From contig CAWBQK010000017.1 of assembly GCA_963791045.1 (NCBI GenBank), positions 288,001 to 352,000 of the forward strand: 64,000 bases of DNA, in the 5' to 3' direction. The notes beneath the pieces are model-generated. The model ran no database searches. It had not been told where the DNA came from and saw only the letters and a program-made list of their open reading frames with translations. The position numbers and the translations under genes were made by a program. This document shows, piece after piece, positions 9,448-18,034 of the stretch. This stretch comes from Candidatus Latescibacterota bacterium (GTDB lineage: Bacteria > Krumholzibacteriota > Krumholzibacteriia > WVZY01). Each line of letters begins with the position of its first letter. The first letter of the stretch is position 1.

Positions 9448-10219
9448 GAGGTCGCGGATGGGCATGGATCCGTTGAGTTGGATTCTCGATGACGAGAAAT
9501 CCACACGGACGGGCCCGCGCCCAAGACCACGGCCGGTCGATTCGAGCCATACCGATATTCTTGAAATTCGCGACAGACCGTTGAGCCAGGTTGTCGCCAA
9601 TTATCTCGCCTGTCCGGTCTGCGGCACCGCCGTGCGTGACACCGGTGAAGACGCGCGTCCGGACTGCCCGTCCTGTGATAACAATCTTGCCGAGGGCCGG
9701 TTCTTCTTCAAGCGGCCGATTCACACCCTGGTTGATTTGATTCAAACGGCGTTTTCCCTGGAGCGCACTCTGCCGGGAGAAGGCGGATCGCCCGGCGTAT
9801 TCTCCAACTTCGATCAAACCGTTGCCTGTTTGTTGTTTTTTACGCGATTAAGTGACGTGGCTATCGACCATCTCCTGCGGGGTATCCTTCGGAGTCAGAA
9901 TCTCCCACCGCATGTCTGCAAGCGGCTGCTCAGCGATCACGCGGACTATCATTCGCGCGTGGGCAGGCTGTTTCCGACACTCACGGGCAAGACCTGGAGG
10001 GGAGCGATCGAAACACTCGCGTCGGAGGGGGGACTCGAGTACGTCGAGACCGCGATTTTTCGTCAGCGCGCGGCCACCACTCTCGAAGCGTTCCTGCAAC
10101 TTGGAGAACTTCCGGAAAACGGACACGAGGTAAGCGCCACCTGTGTTTTAAGGATTTCCCCGCTCCTCGATCTTCACGCAAATCTTCATAACCGCTTCGT
10201 GGCCGGGACCACGCCGTAA
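9437..10219 (+). CDS. Hypothetical protein with CxxC...CxxC zinc ribbon, overlapping parA
   Basis: Overlaps the parA stop; SD GGAGG; CPVC and CPSC pairs; basic N-terminus KRSRMGMDPLSW. Confidence 0.75.
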   Translation: MGTKRSRMGMDPLSWILDDEKSTRTGPRPRPRPVDSSHTDILEIRDRPLSQVVANYLACPVCGTAVRDTGEDARPDCPSCDNNLAEGRFFFKRPIHTLVDLIQTAFSLERTLPGEGGSPGVFSNFDQTVACLLFFTRLSDVAIDHLLRGILRSQNLPPHVCKRLLSDHADYHSRVGRLFPTLTGKTWRGAIETLASEGGLEYVETAIFRQRAATTLEAFLQLGELPENGHEVSATCVLRISPLLDLHANLHNRFVAGTTP

Positions 10220-10277
10220 TCGACGTCGGACCCTCGTTTTCAGGCCCTCGTAGACTTAATATTTTTGTCTTATGGGC

Positions 10278-10306
10278 TTGCAAACTTATTGATATTGAAT
10301 TATCAT
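10278..10306 (+). promoter_or_regulatory. Sigma-70 promoter overlapped by a Fur/Zur-box-like inverted repeat
   Basis: TTGCAA-17 nt-TATCAT; TGATATTGAATTATCA (10290-10305) resembles TGATAAT-n-ATTATCA. Confidence 0.65.
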
Positions 10307-10341
10307 GTACAACGGTAGTTCAACCATGGGGGGGGTAAAAA

Positions 10342-10716
10342 ATGCCAGCGCGACGTAACACTCAGCAACGCGCGGCGATTCTCGATGCCCTTGAAGAAAT
10401 TGGCCGGCCGCTCACCGCTGAAGAGATTCACGCGGAGGCGAAGAAACGTGCCCGAGGCCTGGGAATCGCCACCGTTTATCGAAATTTGAAGACGATGATC
10501 GGCGAGGAGAAACTCGCGATCGTTGACCTTCCTGGAGAACCGTCTCGTTACGAGATCGCCGGGAAAGCGCACCATCACCACTTTGTTTGTGATCTGTGCG
10601 AACGTGTGTTTGAGATCGAAAACTGTTCGTCAAATGTCCTGGAGATGACACCGCGAGGATTCCGTCTCGACCGCCATGAGGTAATACTCTACGGCCGCTG
10701 CGCGGATTGCCTTTAG
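10342..10716 (+). CDS. zur: Fur-family metalloregulator, probably Zur
   Basis: TQQRAAIL, GIATVYRNL, HHHHFVCDLC and C-terminal CADC; heads a znu operon. Confidence 0.85.
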   Translation: MPARRNTQQRAAILDALEEIGRPLTAEEIHAEAKKRARGLGIATVYRNLKTMIGEEKLAIVDLPGEPSRYEIAGKAHHHHFVCDLCERVFEIENCSSNVLEMTPRGFRLDRHEVILYGRCADCL

Positions 10717-10729
10717 ATCTTCTCGAAAG

Positions 10730-11668
10730 ATGTCACAACTCACCGCCAGACTATTATATTCCGCCATCGCCCTGGCGATCTTGTTCGCGATTTGTCCGGT
10801 CGAAAAGGCGGGCGCCGGACCGCCCCAGCAGCAGGGAACCGGCATGTTGACGTGTACCGTCAGCATTCTGCCGCAGAAGTATTTTGTTGAGAGGATTGCC
10901 GGCGAGCATGTAGTTGTTGATGTGATGGTCGGTTCAGGCCAGTCGCCCGCCACATACGAACCCACGGGTCGGCAGCTTTCGGCTCTGTCCGATTCGCGCC
11001 TGTATTTCTCGATCGGAGTCGCGTTCGAACAAACGCTTTTGCCGCGAATTAAAAGAAGTTTTGAGGGCGTCGATGTGATCGATTCGTCCGCGGGAATTGA
11101 ACGCAGAAGAATGGCGGAGCACACCCACCATGGAGATGGGGAAGACAGCAACCGTGATCTCGGCGTCGACGATCCGCATGTCTGGCTTGCCCCGGACAAC
11201 GCCATTCGGATCGCGGAGAACATACGTTTTGCCCTGTGCAGACACGATCCGGCGAGGACGTCAATATACAATCGAAATTTTGAAGCGCTCAAGTTGGAGT
11301 TACACCAAACAGACATCCTCGTCGCTGAAATTCTTTCCACCCATTCGGGACAGGAGATTTTTGTATTTCACCCCGCATACGGCTATTTCACCGATGAATA
11401 CGGACTGATTCAAGTGCCCATCGAGGTAGCGGGCGGCACGCCCGGACCCAGGCACCTCGCCGGAATTATCGATCACGCGAAAGCTGAGTCAGTGTCCACC
11501 ATTTTTGTCCAGCCGCAATTCTCACCGTCCTCCGCCCAGACCATTGCGCGGACGGTCGGCGCGGAGATACACACATTGGATCCGCTCGCTGAAAATTACT
11601 CCGAAAACCTGGTTATAATGGCGAGAAAGATCGCGGCGGCGCTGCCGACACGCACGGCGAAGGAATAA
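10730..11668 (+). CDS. znuA: Zn/Mn ABC transporter substrate-binding protein
   Basis: SPATYEPT, His-containing loop EHTHHGD, DPHVWL, VFHPAYGYF, LDPL. Confidence 0.9.
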   Translation: MSQLTARLLYSAIALAILFAICPVEKAGAGPPQQQGTGMLTCTVSILPQKYFVERIAGEHVVVDVMVGSGQSPATYEPTGRQLSALSDSRLYFSIGVAFEQTLLPRIKRSFEGVDVIDSSAGIERRRMAEHTHHGDGEDSNRDLGVDDPHVWLAPDNAIRIAENIRFALCRHDPARTSIYNRNFEALKLELHQTDILVAEILSTHSGQEIFVFHPAYGYFTDEYGLIQVPIEVAGGTPGPRHLAGIIDHAKAESVSTIFVQPQFSPSSAQTIARTVGAEIHTLDPLAENYSENLVIMARKIAAALPTRTAKE

Positions 11669-11693
11669 TCTGAAACGCATTGTGGGAGCCGTA

Positions 11694-12446
11694 ATGACGA
11701 AGGAAATTGTTATCGCCGTCCGGGATGTCGACTTTTCGTACGATCGTCACAATCTCATTCTCGAGGGCGCGACTTTTGACATATTGAAACACGAGTTCGC
11801 CGCTGTGATTGGCCCAAATGGTGGTGGGAAAACTACCCTTCTCAAACTGATACTGGGTCTGATTGAGCCTTCAAGGGGGACCCTCCGGGTATTTGACGGC
11901 CGGGTGGCCAACGCAAGACGACGAATTGGGTATATGCCTCAATATCCGCGGCTCGACCATGACTTTCCCGTCACTGTTATGGATGTTGTTCTTATGGGGC
12001 GTTTGGGACAGACGAGGGTTATGGGTCCATTTCGGCGAACGGACATCGAAGCAGCCGAGGCAGCGCTTGAGGAGACAAGCTGTTTCGACCTGAGAAATCG
12101 TCCATTCTCGGCTCTTTCGAGCGGACAGCGGCAGCGAATCTTGATCTCGCGAGCACTGGCGTCCGACCCTGAGCTTCTCATGCTCGACGAACCGACATCC
12201 AATCTCGACCCGTCCGTCCAGGACGATATACAGGATCTCCTTCACACTCTCAACGAAAGAATGACAATCATTGTCGTCTCTCATGATGTCGCGTTTGTGT
12301 CCAAGTATGTAGAGAAGGTAGTTTGCGTGAACAGGACGGTGGCTCTCCACCCGACGTCGGAAATGAAGGGTGAACTGATAACAATGCTTTATGGAAACGC
12401 GGATGTGCGGCTTGTGGATCATGAGCATCATTCGCACGACGGCTGA
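11694..12446 (+). CDS. znuC: Zn/Mn ABC transporter ATP-binding protein
   Basis: GPNGGGKTT, IGYMPQ, LSSGQRQR, LMLDEPT, VSHD; His-rich tail. Confidence 0.92.
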   Translation: MTKEIVIAVRDVDFSYDRHNLILEGATFDILKHEFAAVIGPNGGGKTTLLKLILGLIEPSRGTLRVFDGRVANARRRIGYMPQYPRLDHDFPVTVMDVVLMGRLGQTRVMGPFRRTDIEAAEAALEETSCFDLRNRPFSALSSGQRQRILISRALASDPELLMLDEPTSNLDPSVQDDIQDLLHTLNERMTIIVVSHDVAFVSKYVEKVVCVNRTVALHPTSEMKGELITMLYGNADVRLVDHEHHSHDG

Positions 12447-12470
12447 CACGCCCGGGGGCGATTAACCACA

Positions 12471-13358
12471 ATGCTAGATTTCATACATGCGGTTGCGAGT
12501 CACGCGTTCATGCGTAACGCGCTGATAGCGGGCGTTCTTGCAAGCGTCGCGTGTGGTGTTATAGGCACTTATGTGGTTACGCGACGAATATCTTTGATTG
12601 CGGGAAGCCTGGCACACTCCGTCCTGGGGGGGATGGGTGCCGCCTACTATTTTAAGACGGTTAACGGATGGACCTGGCTTCACCCATTGCACGGCGCGGT
12701 GGTGGCGGCATTACTTGCGGCCGTGATTATCAGTCTTGTGAGAATGTATGGACGCGAAAGAGAAGACACGGTGATCTCCGCGTTGTGGGCGATCGGGATG
12801 GCCATCGGGGTCATGTTTATTGTGAGGACGCCCGGATACAAAACTGATCTTATGACCTACCTTTTCGGAAATATTATAATGGCGGACGACCGGGCGATCC
12901 AGCTGCTGGTGATACTCGATGTGCTGATCGTTGGGGTGGGGCTGCTGTTTTATAAACAGCTTCTCGCCGTATGTTTCGACGAAGAATTCGCCAAACTTCG
13001 CGGGGTAAGCATCGGGTTCTTTTATACGCTTCTCTTGTGTCTTACGGCGCTAACCATCGTAACACTTATTTACGTGGTCGGGATCGTCATGGTTATCGCG
13101 TTGATGACCCTTCCCGTCGCGATAGCGGGGAAATTTTCAAAACGTCTCCTGCAAATGATGATTCTGGCATCGCTGTTGAGCGCACTGTTCACGACGGGCG
13201 GTCTCGCGCTCAGTTACGGGCCGGACCTTCCCCCCGGCGCGACGACCATACTGCTCGCCGGGGCGGTTTATGTGCTGGTCAATTTGGCGGTATTTGCACG
13301 GGGAAGGCTTGGGGCCCGTTTCCAACGTGGCAAACGGACTCAAGATGGGTTAGATTAG
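12471..13358 (+). CDS. znuB: Zn/Mn ABC transporter permease (ABC-3)
   Basis: CGVIGTYVV, SLAHSVLGG, YLFGNI, FDEEFA, VGIVMVIALMTLP, DLPPGATTI. Confidence 0.92.
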   Translation: MLDFIHAVASHAFMRNALIAGVLASVACGVIGTYVVTRRISLIAGSLAHSVLGGMGAAYYFKTVNGWTWLHPLHGAVVAALLAAVIISLVRMYGREREDTVISALWAIGMAIGVMFIVRTPGYKTDLMTYLFGNIIMADDRAIQLLVILDVLIVGVGLLFYKQLLAVCFDEEFAKLRGVSIGFFYTLLLCLTALTIVTLIYVVGIVMVIALMTLPVAIAGKFSKRLLQMMILASLLSALFTTGGLALSYGPDLPPGATTILLAGAVYVLVNLAVFARGRLGARFQRGKRTQDGLD

Positions 13359-13371
13359 TATTTGAGTTATT

Positions 13372-15504
13372 ATGTGGTCTATTACGCAAGAAACCATACG
13401 AATTCTGAATGAGTCCGCGGGCTATCTCCTTTTTGGATTTCTCCTTGCCGGACTGCTCAACGTTCTCCTCAACCGGTACCGCCGTATCACCGGCATCCTG
13501 TCGGCGCCCGGTCAGAAGCCTGTATTCCTCGCCGCTATTCTTGGCGCTCCGCTCCCACTGTGTTCATGCAGTGTTCTTCCAACCGCGCTTACGCTCAGAA
13601 AGCAAGGCGCGAGCAAAGGGGCCACCGCGTCCTTTCTCATTTCCGTGCCGGAAACCGACATCATTTCGATCGTCCTCACCTATGCGTTGTTAGGCCCCGT
13701 CCTTGCTATCGCGAGGCCTGTGTCCGCGGTGATTACGGCGATTGTCACCGGGATAGTCATCAACGCGGTGGAGGCACGGTCAAAAGACATCTCGTCTGCG
13801 CCCTCGACTAACAAAAAGGGCGGGAGCGACGGTCAGAAAGAGAACGGGCTCGAACCCAAAAAGAGTGCGGCGCCGAAATCTGCTGATTCGCCGCCCGGCG
13901 GACACTGGCTGGTCAGAGCGCTTCGCTTCGGGTTTGTCGAGATGTTCGACGACATCATGGGCCAACTTTTTATTGGTATCATTATCGCCGGCGCAATTGT
14001 TGCCTGGTTCCCGTCCCTCAACGTTCAGGAGATGGTCGGTTCCTCGTTCCTCACGTACTTCGTGATGCTGGGAGTAGGCATTCCGGTTTACGTCTGCGCG
14101 ACGGCGTCAACACCGGTGGCCGTGGGGTTGATCGCCGGTGGCGTGAGCCCTGGGGCGGCACTCGTCTTTTTGCTCGCGGGTCCCGCGACAAACATCGCAA
14201 GCCTCGTGGTCCTCAACCGCCAGTTTGGCAAAAAGATCCTGGCGGCATACCTGGTTTCCATTGGAATCGTGAGCCTCGCTTTCGGAATTGCTCTCGATTG
14301 GTTGATCGGACCCGATTACTCCGTCAGGCACCTCGTCATGGATCCTCTTGCCGAGGCCGGTGCTGGTAAAGTCCAGATCGCCGGAACGATTCTCCTCCTC
14401 TTTCTTGTCGGGCTCAGTTTTCGCAGAACCGGAATATTGAAAACGTGGGTGATCTCGGCTTCAAAAAGATTCAGGATCTCGGTGCCCCCGCGGACGGTAG
14501 TGATATCGCTCCTGGCCGTACTGGCGCTCGGTTATCTCTGTAGCGGATTGTTCGTGGTGGATCCTGGAGAAAGAGCGGCGGTGAAGCGATTCGGAAGGAT
14601 AACCAACGGATATCTCCAGCCGGGGCTACACTATCGATGGCCGTTCCCGTTTGGAGTCGCGGATGTCGAATCGGTCACGCTTCTGCGCAGAGTCGAGATT
14701 GGCTTCAGGTCGGATCAGGGCGACTTCATGGCGCTGTCCGCGGAGGATGAGGGCCCGTTCGTTTCGGAGGCGTGGATGCTCGCGGGCGACGAAAACATCG
14801 TCGATGCGCGTTGCGCCGTCCAGTACCAGATCATAGATACTGAAGAAGCCTTTGGGAACTTTGTATACGGTGTCAAGGACAAGACGGCCCTGGTTAGAAA
14901 CGCCGCGGAGTGGGCGCTGAGAAAATCCGTTTCGACCAGGGGAATCGACTCGCTTCTCACCGTCGATCGCGGCGAAGTAGAACACGAAATTAAAACCATC
15001 TTTCTGCAGAGCCGTCTCGATGCGTGCGCCTCGGGCGTGCGGGTTGTGGATGTGAATCTCGAGTCGGTTCACGCACCGGCCCCGGTACACTGGGCCTTCA
15101 GGGATGTAGCCAGCGCCGTGGAAGACCAACGACAGAAGGAAAATATTGCGCGGGAATACTGGGAGCGAACGACGCTTGGCGCCGAGGGGGAAGCGTCGGG
15201 TGTCCTGTCGCAGGCGGACGGCGAGGCGATCGAGCGGGTGCAGAGGGCGATGGGGGACGGTTACGCGTTCGATGCCCTGCGGAAGGTTTACACTCAAGCG
15301 CCCGAAGTCACGGAAATTCGTCTCTATCTCGAGTGGATGGACAGGTTCCTCCCCGGGATGAACAAATACGTGGATCTCATGCCGAGCGGCCGCGGCGGTC
15401 GCGATGTTTGGCTTCGCATGGGACGGGATTCAAAAAAGGGAGCCGAAGGAATGATTAAGGAATTCGAGCTCCCCTGGTCAAGCGATCGGGAGGATACGCA
15501 GTGA
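13372..15504 (+). CDS. Fusion of a DUF318/ArsP-type (SO_0444-like) permease with an HflK-like SPFH domain
   Basis: Permease motifs GAPLPLCSCSVLP, FLISVPET, PVYVCATASTP, GAALVFLLAGPATN. From ~14500: TM-GLFVVDPGERAAVKRFG, PGLHYRWPFP, LAGDENIVD, PVHWAFRDV, APEVTEIRLYLE. Confidence 0.9.
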   Translation: MWSITQETIRILNESAGYLLFGFLLAGLLNVLLNRYRRITGILSAPGQKPVFLAAILGAPLPLCSCSVLPTALTLRKQGASKGATASFLISVPETDIISIVLTYALLGPVLAIARPVSAVITAIVTGIVINAVEARSKDISSAPSTNKKGGSDGQKENGLEPKKSAAPKSADSPPGGHWLVRALRFGFVEMFDDIMGQLFIGIIIAGAIVAWFPSLNVQEMVGSSFLTYFVMLGVGIPVYVCATASTPVAVGLIAGGVSPGAALVFLLAGPATNIASLVVLNRQFGKKILAAYLVSIGIVSLAFGIALDWLIGPDYSVRHLVMDPLAEAGAGKVQIAGTILLLFLVGLSFRRTGILKTWVISASKRFRISVPPRTVVISLLAVLALGYLCSGLFVVDPGERAAVKRFGRITNGYLQPGLHYRWPFPFGVADVESVTLLRRVEIGFRSDQGDFMALSAEDEGPFVSEAWMLAGDENIVDARCAVQYQIIDTEEAFGNFVYGVKDKTALVRNAAEWALRKSVSTRGIDSLLTVDRGEVEHEIKTIFLQSRLDACASGVRVVDVNLESVHAPAPVHWAFRDVASAVEDQRQKENIAREYWERTTLGAEGEASGVLSQADGEAIERVQRAMGDGYAFDALRKVYTQAPEVTEIRLYLEWMDRFLPGMNKYVDLMPSGRGGRDVWLRMGRDSKKGAEGMIKEFELPWSSDREDTQ

Positions 15505-16391
15505 AAACAATCGGAAGCGCGGTTTTATTTGTGGTCCTGATGGTTCTCATCGGAACCGCGCTATTTTTTGTCGATGAGACCGAATATGCCATCGTCCTTC
15601 GGTTCGGGCAGCCGACCCAGACGATCACATCAGCCGGGCTAAAAGCCAAATGGCCATGGCCCATCGAGAATGTTGTTCGGTTTGACCGTCGTCTTATGGT
15701 GTTCGATGTTCCCGCCGTGGACGAACCACCTCGCGAATTTCTTACGCTCGATAAGAAGAACATCGAGGTGTCGAGTTATACCTGCTGGCGGATCGATGAC
15801 CCCCTCCATTTTCTGCAAACGGTAGGGGACCGCGAAGGCGCGGAGGCCTACATACGCGACATTGTTGTTTCCGAAAAAGGAAAGCTGCTCGGCAGAAACA
15901 ATCTTAGCGCGCTGGTCTCCGTGGTGCCGGAGCAAATTCGACTGGACTCGATAGCCGCGGAGATTCGAAACACCTGTAACGACGTCGCGATGAGAGAATG
16001 TGGGGTTCGCGTCATCGATTTTCGAATGAAGCGGATCAATTACCCCGAGCAAAACCGCAATAGTGTTTTCGAGCGGATGAGAGCCGAGCGCAAACAGATC
16101 GCGACGCGTTACAGAAGTGAGGGCGAGAAAGAGGCAAGCCGCATCCGCGCGGAAGCCGACCGGCGCCGAATGGAGATTCTCGCCACGGCGACACGAACGG
16201 CCCTCGAAACCAAGGGAAACGGGGAAGCGGAAGCGGCACGGATATACAACGAGGCGTACGGGAAGAACCGGGAGTTTTACCAGTTTTTGCGCACGCTGGA
16301 ATCGTATGAAACCTCGATGGACGAGGGCACGACGATTTTGCTTCCATCGTCTATGAAGTACCTGAGAACACTTCTCGATCCGGTTCGGTGA
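15501..16391 (+). CDS. hflC: HflC-like SPFH membrane protein
   Basis: VDETEYAIVLRFGQP, LTLDKKNI, WRIDDP, VFERMRAERKQIA, EFYQFLRTLESY; 4-nt overlap with the upstream gene. Confidence 0.9.
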   Translation: MKTIGSAVLFVVLMVLIGTALFFVDETEYAIVLRFGQPTQTITSAGLKAKWPWPIENVVRFDRRLMVFDVPAVDEPPREFLTLDKKNIEVSSYTCWRIDDPLHFLQTVGDREGAEAYIRDIVVSEKGKLLGRNNLSALVSVVPEQIRLDSIAAEIRNTCNDVAMRECGVRVIDFRMKRINYPEQNRNSVFERMRAERKQIATRYRSEGEKEASRIRAEADRRRMEILATATRTALETKGNGEAEAARIYNEAYGKNREFYQFLRTLESYETSMDEGTTILLPSSMKYLRTLLDPVR

Positions 16392-16422
16392 CAGACCGTC
16401 GCATGAGTGGGATTGTGTTTTC

Positions 16423-17358
16423 ATGCCGGACAGAAACATGAACGATACAAAATACGAGAATATACAACGAGGGTTGGCGGGTCGCCGGAAGTATGGCTGG
16501 ATTGCGCTATCTGTGGTCCTTGTGTGGTTGGCGACCGGGTTTTATACCGTGGATTCGAATCAACGCGGCGTCATCACGCGTTTTGGCAAGGTTCGGGGTA
16601 GAACGCCCCCCGGAATTCACTATGCGCTTCCACGACCCATCGATCGTGTGTTTACCCCGGCAACGACTGAGGTCCGCAGGATCGAAGTGGGGTTTCGCTT
16701 GAAAGGAGAGTTGTGGGCGGAGAAACGCCGTTCGGATATGCTCACCGGGGACCAGAATATCCTCAAGGTTATGATGGTTGTGCAGTATAAAATACGCGAG
16801 CCGGAGAAATATCTCTTCGATGTTTCGGAGCCGGATTGGCTTGTCGAGCGCGCGATCGAGTCGGCGATGTCCGCGTACATATCTCGTGTGTCCGTGGATG
16901 ACGTTCTTACCACCGCCAAGGCCGAGATCGAGATACGCACCGTCGAAGGCGCCCAAGCATTGCTCGATCACTATGGTGTTGGCGTGTCGCTCCTGACGGG
17001 CAACCTCCAGGTGGTTTCGCCGCCAGTGCCGGTCATCGAGGCGTTCAACGATGTGGCGCGCGCGAAGAAAGACAGCGAACGCACGATTGAAGACGCTCGT
17101 GTATATTCGAACGAGATCATTCCAAGATCCGAAGGGGAAGCGGAAGGCATCACGAATGCTGCCGGCGGTGCTTACGAGATGCGTGTCAAACAGGCGCATG
17201 GACACGCAAAACGATTCAACGATCTTCTCGTGGAATACAACCGTGATCGTAGTCTCACCAAACAACGATTGTACCTGGAAACAGTGGAGAGGGTTCTGTT
17301 AAAAACAAAAGTGGTAATCGTTGATGACAGTTCGACCGTCACCATCATCGAAGATTAA
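16423..17358 (+). CDS. hflK: HflK-like SPFH membrane protein
   Basis: WLATGFYTV, GVITRFGK, PGIHYALP, MLTGDQNI, PVIEAFNDV, IPRSEGEA, TKQRLYLETVE. Confidence 0.9.
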   Translation: MPDRNMNDTKYENIQRGLAGRRKYGWIALSVVLVWLATGFYTVDSNQRGVITRFGKVRGRTPPGIHYALPRPIDRVFTPATTEVRRIEVGFRLKGELWAEKRRSDMLTGDQNILKVMMVVQYKIREPEKYLFDVSEPDWLVERAIESAMSAYISRVSVDDVLTTAKAEIEIRTVEGAQALLDHYGVGVSLLTGNLQVVSPPVPVIEAFNDVARAKKDSERTIEDARVYSNEIIPRSEGEAEGITNAAGGAYEMRVKQAHGHAKRFNDLLVEYNRDRSLTKQRLYLETVERVLLKTKVVIVDDSSTVTIIED

Positions 17359-17434
17359 TCCCGCCGTCACGCCCCATCAGATGCGCGTACCTCGTCCAGC
17401 CCTTTCCAATGTATACTATCGCTGATTCGAGGAT

Positions 17435-17569
17435 AAAAAAAACGAGAGTACTAGCCCGATGCCAACCGTGTCGCTTAACGCCCATCAGAGGCCCATGCGG
17501 CAACCGCTTCGCTAAAGCATTATAGCTTGAGAGCAGAGGGCTCACGCGAAGGTTCGGGATACTCTCGTT
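17435..17569 (-). ncRNA. Candidate structured small RNA (~130 nt), family unassigned
   Basis: Starts 7 nt after TTGACA-18-TATAAT; 5' AACGAGAGTA pairs exactly with 3' TACTCTCGTT followed by a T-tract; further nested stems. Confidence 0.6.
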
Positions 17570-17575
17570 AGTAAT

Positions 17576-17605
17576 ATTATACTCGGGCATCGTTTCGACT
17601 GTCAA
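17576..17605 (-). promoter_or_regulatory. Consensus sigma-70 promoter
   Basis: Minus strand TTGACA-gtcgaaacgatgcccgag-TATAAT; no plausible CDS downstream. Confidence 0.8.
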
Positions 17606-17760
17606 CCCCCCGGCCTAAATTTTTGGAATCCATAACCTGTTAATTCACAGTCCGTTGCACAGCCCATTTAACCTTTTTTCGACATCAAGGGGTTGCTGTA
17701 ACACGCTGATATACAACGCGTTGTGGTGGTGTACGAACTTGCGTTTTTATAATGGGTTGA

Positions 17761-17939
17761 AAGGGGGGCTTGATGTGAAATCCAACCAAGATACGGGGGG
17801 AGCATCTTGAGAGGGGTGAAAACGGTGTTCCCGGTTGCTAGCAATCTATGGCCGACCAATCGGGAACACCGAAGAAAATCACCTTCTCAGCCACCACAGT
17901 AGGTCGATGAGGTAAATCCTCTGCATGTTGCACCCCCTT
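17761..17939 (+). ncRNA. Candidate 6S-RNA-like rod-shaped RNA (~180 nt)
   Basis: TATAAT at 17748-17753; closing stem AAGGGGG/CCCCCTT; apical stems TGAGAGGGGTGA/TCACCTTCTCA and CGGTGTTCCCGGTTG/CAATCGGGAACACCG with G-U pairs favouring +; largely unpaired central region. Confidence 0.4.
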
Positions 17940-18034
17940 GTAAGGGTAGGTTGACTTACCTGCTACCGGGCGATATTTTGGATTGCTCAATATGTCGCAC
18001 AGCAAAAAGCGTTCCGTGTGCGGTGTGGCGGGAG

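Noticed and set aside
17620-17670. DnaA-box-like strings (TAATTCACA, CGTTGCACA) suggesting oriC
   Set aside because: Poor and few matches; dif and convergent gene orientation 4 kb away indicate terminus, not origin
17775-17905. Short ORFs after G-rich SD-like runs as type I toxin peptides
   Set aside because: The peptides are not hydrophobic, and the G-runs are largely explained by RNA stems
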